Shown: positions 32,137 to 40,980 of the stretch, piece after piece
Numbering within the stretch: the first letter of the stretch is position 1
Layout of the letters: each line of letters starts with the position of its first letter
From: a virus
Lineage: Duplodnaviria > Caudoviricetes
Length of the DNA: 64,000 nucleotides
Reading direction: 5' to 3' (one strand)
Virus record (IMG/VR): IMGVR_UViG_2808606549_000001
Coordinates: 32,001 to 96,000 of that record
Made by a program: the position numbers and the translations under genes
The notes under the pieces: generated by a model
The model's database searches: none
Told to the model about the DNA's origin: nothing
The model's input: only the letters and a program-made list of their open reading frames with translations

Positions 32137-32472
32137 TTATCGGACTGCCAATGCGAGTAATGCCGCCTTGCAAATAGCTTCTGGGGCAGTTGAACCGTAT
32201 TGTTTGCTGGACTTCCAAACATTCTCTTTAAGTGTTAGTCGGCATGTATATTGCAAGTGTTGATACCCTTCATTCATATCAGAAAGATTGATCTCGCGAG
32301 TAATAAATTTTTCACTTAAAAATACTTGCCAAGCGGCTAACAAATCTGATGAATATGGACCAGGCTTAAAATACATGCTTTTCGTTTTATCAAAAACATA
32401 ATACTCAATAAGTGAATCCAAATATCCACCACATTCTAACTTTTCAATCTCAATCTGATTTATCTTTAACAT
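32137..32472 (-). CDS. Phage ABA-sandwich-domain protein
   Basis: YSSDL.AAWQV ... TAPEAICKAAL. Confidence 0.65.
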   Translation of the reverse strand: MLKINQIEIEKLECGGYLDSLIEYYVFDKTKSMYFKPGPYSSDLLAAWQVFLSEKFITREINLSDMNEGYQHLQYTCRLTLKENVWKSSKQYGSTAPEAICKAALLALAVR

Positions 32473-32574
32473 CTCCTTCTTAGATAAAATTCGGCTTTCA
32501 TGGGAATTTTCAATTTAGAAAACCCTTGATTTCCAACGGTTTTTAAAACGTAATTTTCCCATGAAAGGTTGATT

Positions 32575-32727
32575 TTATCGGAACGACTCACTCGGATGCT
32601 CAGGACGGCCATCACAATATTCGCAAAGTTCGTCATCACACTTCTTTTCAAGCCACTCATCACATCGAGGGCAGTATTTTGTATCATAGTAATCGGAATA
32701 CTTGATCAAATCGTAATGTTCGCACAT
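32575..32727 (-). CDS. Untracked 50-aa Cys-rich protein (MCEHYDLIKY...CPRC...CEYC...)
   Basis: Translated by hand; RBS GGAGG; stop falls inside the 18-bp site at 32561. Confidence 0.6.
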   Translation of the reverse strand: MCEHYDLIKYSDYYDTKYCPRCDEWLEKKCDDELCEYCDGRPEHPSESFR

Positions 32728-32918
32728 ATTAGATCCTCCAATCAATAGTCATGGCCTGAAGCATCGTCGTATCCGTCAATCTCCAGAGACTCCCATTCGC
32801 ACCCACATTCTTTGCATACTTCAATTCCCTTGATAACCTTTGGTTTCTTGGTGCTTCCGCAATTTAGACACTCATCTTTAAAATTCAATATTAATTCTCC
32901 CGTTTTCATGTTTTATAT

Positions 32919-34001
32919 TTATGTGTATTTGATACGATGAGTGAAGCATTCTTCATACAGTGCCGTAAAGATATCTCTTCCTCTATCGGTGGGCGAATCC
33001 TTATCTTCTTTTGATAACAATCCTTTGCTATCCCACATGGCGAATACCTGACGAGCAGCACCAAATTTCCTGCCTTCTTTTTTAAAAGCTTCAGCATCCT
33101 TGTCTTTGTCTAGTGCAATAATGATTTGTACATCTAAACCAAGATTCTTAATCATATCAACCTGGAAGTCACTTATACTATCTCCACCAATTGAGATGCA
33201 ATTTCTAAACCCATACTGAGTAGCGAACCAGCAACTTTTCTCACCTTCAAAGATGATTACTTCTCTCTTCTCTAGGATGTAGTATAAGGCTCGGTGCCAA
33301 TTGTACCATTCGATGATTTTTATGTAGTTGTATAGATATAGGAACTTGTAAATATCTTTCTCTTTATAGTCTTCAACAGTCGTGCGTCCCTTTATTGAAA
33401 TAATCTCTCCATACTGATTATGTATTGGATAGATGATACGTTCAGAATAAAGGTCATATCCGACTTGGAACTCTACCTGGGTCTCATAGTTTAGTCCATC
33501 GTCTAAATATTTTTTGTGAGGAAACATGATGTATTGATTCAAAATCTCATCGTCATAAGCCTTGTTCTCGGTCATTGGAACAGCGGATTTCTTGCCTCGT
33601 TGCTTCCTAACCTGTTTAAGCCATGCTAATGGATCTTCCTGCTTCTCCTCAAAGAAACGGCCTTCTATGTATTCCTTGTACCCCAGGCGATCGCATATCC
33701 ATTTCTTCGCTCGTGGGATATTCTGAAGCATCTTCGTCTCATCTTCAATGTCGAAAACTATGTAAGACACAAGGCCGTATATATCAATGTTATCCATGCC
33801 TCTTGATCTAACTCGACACTTTAAATGCTCAGACAAGTAAACTTGCAAGGATCTCTTGTTGTCACTATGAAACTTGTCTGGAAGTTGTGCTTCGTATCGA
33901 TTAGTGGATAGCCTAATGTGGTTGCAATCCAATTGAAGCAGTAGTTCTTCAACCCTGTCTTCTTCGTAAATCCTTTGCTTTATTTCCTTGAGGTCGTTCA
34001 C
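32919..34001 (-). CDS. DNA primase (Toprim)
   Basis: RIIYPI...IKGR, IFEGEKS, ALDKD. Confidence 0.88.
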   Translation of the reverse strand: MNDLKEIKQRIYEEDRVEELLLQLDCNHIRLSTNRYEAQLPDKFHSDNKRSLQVYLSEHLKCRVRSRGMDNIDIYGLVSYIVFDIEDETKMLQNIPRAKKWICDRLGYKEYIEGRFFEEKQEDPLAWLKQVRKQRGKKSAVPMTENKAYDDEILNQYIMFPHKKYLDDGLNYETQVEFQVGYDLYSERIIYPIHNQYGEIISIKGRTTVEDYKEKDIYKFLYLYNYIKIIEWYNWHRALYYILEKREVIIFEGEKSCWFATQYGFRNCISIGGDSISDFQVDMIKNLGLDVQIIIALDKDKDAEAFKKEGRKFGAARQVFAMWDSKGLLSKEDKDSPTDRGRDIFTALYEECFTHRIKYT

Positions 34002-34023
34002 ATGACCTCCTCCATATTAATAT

Positions 34024-35517
34024 TTAAAACATTGAGTTGGACGTTCTTTGCATCTGAAGATAAGCAACTTCTTTGAATGAGTTAATTCCATAATTTACTT
34101 CATACAAAATTTGCTCATCAGTACCCCCGTTACGGTTCTTGCTTATGTAGATAATCATATAGGTTTTATCGGGATCTAATTTGTATTCTTTCTTTTTCCA
34201 TTTGCCGTCAAATTGATCCTTTTCCCAGTTATATGCGAAGACTTTGTTTTTGCCATCTGGGTATTCATCTGCATAGAGAAGTCTTCCCATCAACACAACT
34301 GAAGCAACTTCAACAATTTCAAGAGATTTACCGATTGCGCTTAAATCAAGGTATCTAAATTCCTTACCAATCTTCAACTGAACTGTTGCTAGCAAGCCGA
34401 TATTATTTGCTTCCGGTTTGATGCAGTTAAAAATCTCTTGTGCTGCCTCGCTAAATGCTTCCCATCTCGCAGCCTCTTTTGAAGAACTATCTGGCTTGAA
34501 TGTATCAAGTAGAGCGTAGTTATAATTCAAAGGCTTCAATAGTTGTAATCGAGTAAGCATGTCATCTACTCGATATTTCTTCATATCAAAAAACTTGATG
34601 AGATCCTTATTATACTTACCAAGCCATTCTTTGGCTTCGTTTAATTTTTCTAAAGTGGATTCATCAAATTTACCTTCGGATAACTTCTCGCGATTTATTG
34701 CTTTATTTAAAATTTTAGATGCAACCGTAGCTAAGATAAGATTTCTTGATTTCCAGACATTCTCCTCGTTTGTAAACATCATTCCTTTTTCCTGATGCTC
34801 AACCAATGACAAGATGAACTTCTCCATTGAAATTGAACTCTTGCCTACACCAGAGGAAAGAACTAGATAAATTAGTTCTCCCTTTCTCCAACCTTTAATC
34901 TTCTTACTGAGTCGAGGCGAGTCATGTAATGGCAACCCCATTGACTCTCCCTGGTTCATCTTATCAATAGCCTTATCCAGATCATCGAGGAGATTGTATT
35001 CAACCACTTCACCACAATTGACGTTAGCGAATGCCTTGCCAACTTTATGTTGGAAATAAGCCTGTAACTGTTTCAGCGTCATCTTGGCTAATTTAAGCAT
35101 TAACTTCTTGTTGCTCACGTCAATCAAAGATTCAGCCTGAAACAACCTTAAACACTCAAATTTTTGAATCTCGGAGAAATGGTATTCATCATTGTCTTTG
35201 TTCTTACTACACTCTTCCTTTAACTCTCTGATCGTCTCAAAACCGCCATATTCGTTGTACTCTTCAAATAGAGACTTCTTGCCAATCTCGGTTGGCTTTG
35301 ACGTCAAATATGAATATGTTGTTGTGTCATCAAAATTACGAATGCCACTTGCGTACATTTCCTTGCCCTGAATGTAAAAGTAATACCAAATTTCTTTTGT
35401 AAAGGTCTCTTTGGTCACATTACTAGAGTTGTACTTTTCATATAGTGATGGAGTTGACCAGAGATAACCAACAAACAAGCCTTCGTGCATTTCTGATGGA
35501 GTAACAAACTCATCCAA
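34024..35517 (-). CDS. Replicative DnaB-like helicase
   Basis: SSGVGKS Walker A, LDTFK, TVQL, KNRNG. Confidence 0.88.
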   Translation of the reverse strand: MDEFVTPSEMHEGLFVGYLWSTPSLYEKYNSSNVTKETFTKEIWYYFYIQGKEMYASGIRNFDDTTTYSYLTSKPTEIGKKSLFEEYNEYGGFETIRELKEECSKNKDNDEYHFSEIQKFECLRLFQAESLIDVSNKKLMLKLAKMTLKQLQAYFQHKVGKAFANVNCGEVVEYNLLDDLDKAIDKMNQGESMGLPLHDSPRLSKKIKGWRKGELIYLVLSSGVGKSSISMEKFILSLVEHQEKGMMFTNEENVWKSRNLILATVASKILNKAINREKLSEGKFDESTLEKLNEAKEWLGKYNKDLIKFFDMKKYRVDDMLTRLQLLKPLNYNYALLDTFKPDSSSKEAARWEAFSEAAQEIFNCIKPEANNIGLLATVQLKIGKEFRYLDLSAIGKSLEIVEVASVVLMGRLLYADEYPDGKNKVFAYNWEKDQFDGKWKKKEYKLDPDKTYMIIYISKNRNGGTDEQILYEVNYGINSFKEVAYLQMQRTSNSMF

Positions 35518-35544
35518 ATACTTTATTGAGATAATACCACTCCT

Positions 35545-36138
35545 TTATAGTAAATCTGAGATGTCCATTTCATCTTTTTTCTTTATGTATGCATTTTTGT
35601 TGGTTGAAAGCGAAACGGAATCTCGGACGTCTGAACTTGTTTCTGTTTTTGCTAGTTCATTGACTTTCTTTTGTCGTTGAACCCTCTCTGCATGTTCCTT
35701 TGCATCGGCAAGATTATTGCGAACTATCGCTAAACCATACCTTAATTCTAAAAGTTTATTTTTAAACTCGCCTTTCTTTTTATCGATTGCTGTCACTATG
35801 CTTTCACGACAATATTCATATGTATAAGCAATTGCAGGATAAGGTATGCCCTTCTTGTAGTTCTTCTTCAACTTACCGAATAGTTGACTATCGTTTCGGA
35901 GATCCTCAAGAATCGGGTAAAATGAACTTGGGATCAACTGATAGCTACTCAAACCGTGAACATCAGCTATCTTTATGGCCAACTCCAACTGTTGCTCACG
36001 CTCTTGTTGCTTGAAGCGTTTATCTTCTAAGTAGGCTGCATGACACTTTTCTTTGTGGTAATGCTTCTTGTTAGGTTCCTGGATCATTTCTGTCTTTTCA
36101 GATTTCGCCTCACACCAATAACATTTCACAATCGCCAT
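35545..36138 (-). CDS. Zn-finger replication protein upstream of helicase (YorH-like position)
   Basis: VKCYWC...H..C; synteny with SPbeta-type replication module. Confidence 0.55.
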   Translation of the reverse strand: MAIVKCYWCEAKSEKTEMIQEPNKKHYHKEKCHAAYLEDKRFKQQEREQQLELAIKIADVHGLSSYQLIPSSFYPILEDLRNDSQLFGKLKKNYKKGIPYPAIAYTYEYCRESIVTAIDKKKGEFKNKLLELRYGLAIVRNNLADAKEHAERVQRQKKVNELAKTETSSDVRDSVSLSTNKNAYIKKKDEMDISDLL

Positions 36139-36441
36139 TCAGTTAGCATCACCTCCTTAATCACGCTGCAATAATCTCATGTGCCGCTGAGTTTCCTAAG
36201 TTCATCTTCAACTATTTTGAGCAATGTTCCTGGCTCTCCTATGGTGCCAGTTTCTTTCCATTTCTCCTCTTCATGCTCGAATACCCATCCTTCCGATGAC
36301 ACCTGTATATTGAAAAGGCCGAATGGATATGCGTATTCATTCGAAGCTGTTTTTTGGAAGCCACGACTTTTTAGGTATCTATTAATGAAGTCTACAGTCA
36401 TTGGGTATCCTCCTTATAAAATGTCTTCTTTTAATGGATGC

Positions 36442-36738
36442 TTACCCCTTATAATGGTCTTCGGTTGTTGTACAAGAATATATAAATTTCCCATCCCAAT
36501 AACTGTAGTAGTCAACTCTCCCCATAGACCAAACGCCATATGACTTTCCATGCTCAGGATTTGGAATCTCGTCTAGGCTCATAAAAATATTGCCTTGCTT
36601 GTAATAAGCTTTAGCACACCACAATAAGTTGACAACTCTGAACCAAGGTAATTCCTGCGATACTTCTACTGCGCGAGGATTGCCTTGATCAATCATAAAG
36701 TTTGCAACAAATTCTCGGATCTCGGTTTCGTAACTCAA
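36442..36738 (-). CDS. Hypothetical protein; start revised to TTG at 36738
   Basis: RBS GGGGTG; the tracked 5' extension is occupied by LexA boxes and a -10. Confidence 0.55.
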   Translation of the reverse strand: MSYETEIREFVANFMIDQGNPRAVEVSQELPWFRVVNLLWCAKAYYKQGNIFMSLDEIPNPEHGKSYGVWSMGRVDYYSYWDGKFIYSCTTTEDHYKG

Positions 36739-36749
36739 TCCCATCACCC

Positions 36750-36790
36750 CGAACGTATGTTTGACCTTATTATACCCAAACATACGTTCG
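36750..36790 (-). promoter_or_regulatory. Two LexA (Cheo) boxes flanking a TATAAT -10
   Basis: CGAACGTATGTTTG at 36750-36763 and its exact reverse complement at 36777-36790; match the Bacillus consensus CGAACRNRYGTTYG. Confidence 0.8.
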
Positions 36791-36881
36791 TAGTACATAG
36801 GTTTCCTGCAAATTCTATATCCTGGATGATTATGACTATACTATTTTTAATTATTTAAAGTCAATATGTATTATTTATTTA

Positions 36882-37394
36882 TTATGAAAAACGGATATGT
36901 TTTTTCTCTGGAGCAAACTCAGCTCCCTCAACCACCTGACCGGACTTCAGGGCCTTCAGGATGGCGTCTGAGACGATTTTATCAGGCTGTGGGACGCGAT
37001 ATGCAGCAGGAATCTTAGAGGCGTCTGTAATCAATACTGAAGCGTTATTCTTTTGAATACGCACATTGAAAAGCGGAGTCTTAAGTTTTTCAATACCAGC
37101 GAGTTCAAGCATTTGCTGAGTATACAATTTAAGACGCTCATGTTTATTTTCTAGAGTGGTGCGATTCTTCTTTAGTCGATCTTCCTCAGTTTTGTATGCT
37201 GCGATATCACCCTCGATATTTTTGAGGAACTTGGCGATGTTTTCAACCTTGTTCTCAATTGTATCCTGGATAGCATCAAGGTTGTCGATGAGCATTTCAA
37301 TTTCATCTTCTTCAATGCCCTCTTCATCTAGAGCATCGTTAGAATATTCAAGAAATCGCTTATAGTTCTCAGTTAGTTCGTATAAAGATGGCAT
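36882..37394 (-). CDS. Siphovirus Gp157 family protein
   Basis: MPSLYELT, K.ENIAK..KN, IQKN..SV.I.D...IP, ALK.G..VEGA. Confidence 0.88.
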   Translation of the reverse strand: MPSLYELTENYKRFLEYSNDALDEEGIEEDEIEMLIDNLDAIQDTIENKVENIAKFLKNIEGDIAAYKTEEDRLKKNRTTLENKHERLKLYTQQMLELAGIEKLKTPLFNVRIQKNNASVLITDASKIPAAYRVPQPDKIVSDAILKALKSGQVVEGAEFAPEKKHIRFS

Positions 37395-37424
37395 TATTTA
37401 CTTTCTCCTTTTCAATCTAAATAT

Positions 37425-37709
37425 TTAATTACTCTTCTTCTTCTTTCTTCCCTCTTGGAGTTTACGCTTATGATCATCGCTCATGGTACGCTTAGGAGCA
37501 TCTACTTTTTGCTTCTTCTTTGCTCTAAAGGAGACTTGGCTAAAGTCTAATTCATATGTATATTGACCGTCATTAGAAATTTTTGTTGGTATCGCACCAA
37601 TTTTTTTTAATTTCGTTTGAATTGTCTGTTGAAACGTAGATACTATCCATTTCTTATTGGCGTCATCGCATTGTAAGACAGTTTCTCGCTCATAAGCATT
37701 ATAATTCAT
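37425..37709 (-). CDS. Small basic protein with NUMOD3-like tail
   Basis: ERET motif; KRTMSDDHKRKL. Confidence 0.55.
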   Translation of the reverse strand: MNYNAYERETVLQCDDANKKWIVSTFQQTIQTKLKKIGAIPTKISNDGQYTYELDFSQVSFRAKKKQKVDAPKRTMSDDHKRKLQEGRKKKKSN

Positions 37710-38574
37710 TTTTTATTCCTTTCAGAATTTCTTGAATTTTCATTTTAGTTCTAGTTTCCAGATATTCAATGAGCTTCGTTTCTGAGTATGATTGATGCTT
37801 TGTTTTTGTGTAAAGAGTCTGATAGGGGATGTTTGTCGCCTTATGCAAATCGTCTAGACTATACTGGGAATTGTATATATTTATTCTGATAGTATTTGTC
37901 TTATTTCTAAACTGCTCCTTCTTGGGTATCCAACAGCAATTATTAGGCTCATAATTGCCATTAACGTCAATACGTTCTATTGTTAATTCATCTGTATATC
38001 CGTTTTCTAAAGACCAGTCTTTGAAGTTGGTAAATCCTTCATCGCCAAGCCAGTCTGAAGATAATATAATACCTCTTCCCCCATAGTGCTTATAATTTTG
38101 GGCATTCTCTGAATAGCACCTTTTTTTCATACCTTTATATATTTTATATAACCTGGTATGAGCCATCCCATGTTTTGTTGATCTTTCAGTTGTGAGTTTT
38201 CGACCTAGACAACCGCAACTTAACGTATTATTCAAAGATGAAGAAGTGTGGACTTTTAAAGAACCACATTCGCATTCACACATCCAATATGGCCTACTAA
38301 CATCTTCTTTATCTAATTTGTATATCACCTTTAACAATCCAAATATTTTTCCCGTTAGGTCTAAGCAGCGGTCTTTTGCTATTTCCTTTCGTAAACAACC
38401 ACAACTCCTTGTGTGTCCACTTTTAATATGTGAACCGGAGACAGTCAATATAGTCCTCTTATCACATTGACACTCACAAACCCATTCGATTTGCTTATGC
38501 TTATTACTCGCTGCTCTCTTAATTACTTTTAAATTCCCGAATACCATACCAGTTATGTCTATAAATTTTCCCAT
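37699..38574 (-). CDS. HNH-type homing endonuclease with Cys-repeat N-terminus
   Basis: Two G..FG.L.V...W.C.C.CG...SCGC repeats; YGGRGI; TIERIDVNGNYEPNNC.W. Confidence 0.8.
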   Translation of the reverse strand: MGKFIDITGMVFGNLKVIKRAASNKHKQIEWVCECQCDKRTILTVSGSHIKSGHTRSCGCLRKEIAKDRCLDLTGKIFGLLKVIYKLDKEDVSRPYWMCECECGSLKVHTSSSLNNTLSCGCLGRKLTTERSTKHGMAHTRLYKIYKGMKKRCYSENAQNYKHYGGRGIILSSDWLGDEGFTNFKDWSLENGYTDELTIERIDVNGNYEPNNCCWIPKKEQFRNKTNTIRINIYNSQYSLDDLHKATNIPYQTLYTKTKHQSYSETKLIEYLETRTKMKIQEILKGIKNEL

Positions 38575-38801
38575 AATCTCTTACGTCAGCACCGTCCCCC
38601 CATGAAAATGAAATTTTATTTGAATACGCACTCTATCATCAGCACAGCAAACGTCACGCCAATAAATAATCCAACTATAAAACCATTTAGAAATACTTCT
38701 CGCTTGTTTAGTTCGTGATGATTTGAATTATATTTCTGATCCTCAATAATCATCATCGATTCTAAGTCATCAAATTTATCAGTCTCACTCATAAATATCA
38801 C

Positions 38802-39470
38802 CTACTTAAATCTAAAGACAACTCGATTAACGTTAGGAATCTTCTCAAGAAGACCATCTAGGGCATCCTTGACGCCAATCTGAGTTTTTCCCTCTATTCT
38901 CTTGTCACTCATAATCTCACCTGAAACTAGTTTGCGGATCTCCGTATATAGTTGTTGCTTTTCTGTTTCGGAAAGAGGATTTCTAATCAGTCCAGTTTGA
39001 GTCTTGAACACAATCTCATCATATGGTACATCAAGAGATACGAGCGTCGTTTTAGGAAGTGATACGAATACAGAATTTCCGTACACTCGAACATCTTCCG
39101 TTTTAATGCTGCTTAAGTCGATGCCAGTCTTAAAATAAGCATCAACTGTATATTGAATGGTTCTCCGTCCAATATGGTCTTTTAGCCACCCAGACTTCTC
39201 AAAGATACTGTCTGTATATGTATAGGTCTTTTCAGTGTGGCCTTCTAAGCCCACTAACTGATGGACATTATTAAGTGACTTCACAACCATCTCTTTATTC
39301 ACGACACCACTATCTTTTATGTATGACAACCCTGAAACTGTATTAACCTTATGTGATATGTCTATTGAGTTGCCAGTTAACAGAAACGACTTTGCATATA
39401 TAATGATTCCTAGTACGACTATGACAGCGATGATTAGTTTTTTGTATTTTATTATTGTTTGTTTTATCAA
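38802..39470 (-). CDS. DUF4230-like membrane-anchored protein
   Basis: N-terminal TM; K.GIDLS.I....V.V....V.VSLP. Confidence 0.65.
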   Translation of the reverse strand: MIKQTIIKYKKLIIAVIVVLGIIIYAKSFLLTGNSIDISHKVNTVSGLSYIKDSGVVNKEMVVKSLNNVHQLVGLEGHTEKTYTYTDSIFEKSGWLKDHIGRRTIQYTVDAYFKTGIDLSSIKTEDVRVYGNSVFVSLPKTTLVSLDVPYDEIVFKTQTGLIRNPLSETEKQQLYTEIRKLVSGEIMSDKRIEGKTQIGVKDALDGLLEKIPNVNRVVFRFK

Positions 39471-40710
39471 CCTCGCACCTCGTTATCCACTCCGCTTACA
39501 TTACCTTTAAGCGTTCAATTTCTTCTTCGAGTTTATTTACCTTCTCAACTAGCTCATTGATCTTATCCATCATTTCTTTGTTGTCTGGGAGCCGTTCGTC
39601 AGTTCCGTTACCAAATACACCGAATTCAATCTTTTTGAACAATCTCAAAATCATCTTATCGTCTCCTCTGTTTTGGCCCCATCGTAACACCCTAAGCATA
39701 CGTGATAACTGTAAAACTCACCATTCTGTAGTCCTGTGTGATATGCGCTGCCTGAGCCTTTAGGGATCATCATAGAGCAATATAAACAAGGCCAGGACTG
39801 TTTGTTCCTCTTCTGGATTCTGACTCTTAGAATACGTGTCTCTGCATATGATTCATATGTATATGCTTGACCTTGATACTCATCATTATTTATAAATACA
39901 TTCTTCATTTATATGGTGACGAATCAACTCCTTAGCAACAATATCAAAGGCCACCCAATAGCCCAATTAATCAACATCTTCCACAAAGGCATTGGGTTAA
40001 TAAATTCATCAATCGAATCTCTTTTAAAGTTGATGTATATAAAACCCATGATAATCAAACCGATTACCATGTAGGCGACAATGATTAATAAAGTGATAAT
40101 CCAAATCATATAGATAAAAACCTCATTTCATCGGAATTAGTAACCACACGACTTACAATAGCCCTCAACGAAAATCTTGAAATTCACATACAATTCCTCA
40201 ATAGACTTTGCAGATGTGCTAGTTCTGGGATTCCCCATAAATAGTGAAAGTTTTATATCCTTATTTAATCCATTACTATCCATGTACACAGAGAATTCCT
40301 CAAGTAGTTTTCTAAGATAGTTGCACTCAGCCTTATTGTCATCGAATAAATATGCCGTTTCTATTCCAAGACAATACTTCTTTTCATCTCGATCATATGT
40401 AATATCTATATCATTCATGGAATACAGGTGAGCGTCTATTCCAAGTAAATTACCCCACGATGTGACTCCCCAAATATGCTTTAGTGCTCCGCAGTTATAC
40501 TCATTGTCTTCATAATCTGGATACTTCCTTTTCCACCAATACACTTGCCATTTTTGTTTAATTTCATGTGTTCTAACAGTCCATTTAATATCTAAATATC
40601 TAATCAGTTTCCTAAGAAGTTTCAATTATTTAACACCCCATAAAACTATAATTTCGTAACCTGTATCTGGTATGATACAATAATGTAAAACGCACTAAGG
40701 GTGATACAAA

Positions 40711-40980
40711 TTGACTAAAAAAATCTCATTTGTAGAGTTTATGAATTCTCCTACATTTCCTAAGTTCAATAATGTTGATTTGCCTCCAAAAGACTCATCA
40801 ATTGTAAAGGACGCTCCATTGCTGGAGATGTCTGAAGTGGCAAACAAGATTATTCGTGAACTATTGAGAAGGTCCGAACATGGGATCGAAGAAAGCAGAT
40901 TCATTGAAACAAATGGCGAACTGCTTAAGATACTTTATCCGATAACAGTTATCATTCAAGCAAAATTAGCGCAGCCCTAA
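40711..40980 (+). CDS. Hypothetical protein on the opposite strand, with own promoter and terminator
   Basis: TATGAT at 40671, RBS AAGGGTG, terminator 40973-40994; flanked by sites 40640 and 41003. Confidence 0.7.
   Translation: MTKKISFVEFMNSPTFPKFNNVDLPPKDSSIVKDAPLLEMSEVANKIIRELLRRSEHGIEESRFIETNGELLKILYPITVIIQAKLAQP

Noticed and set aside
36739-36798. 5' extension of ORF 36442..36798
   Set aside because: Occupied by two LexA boxes and a -10; a better RBS and start lie at 36738
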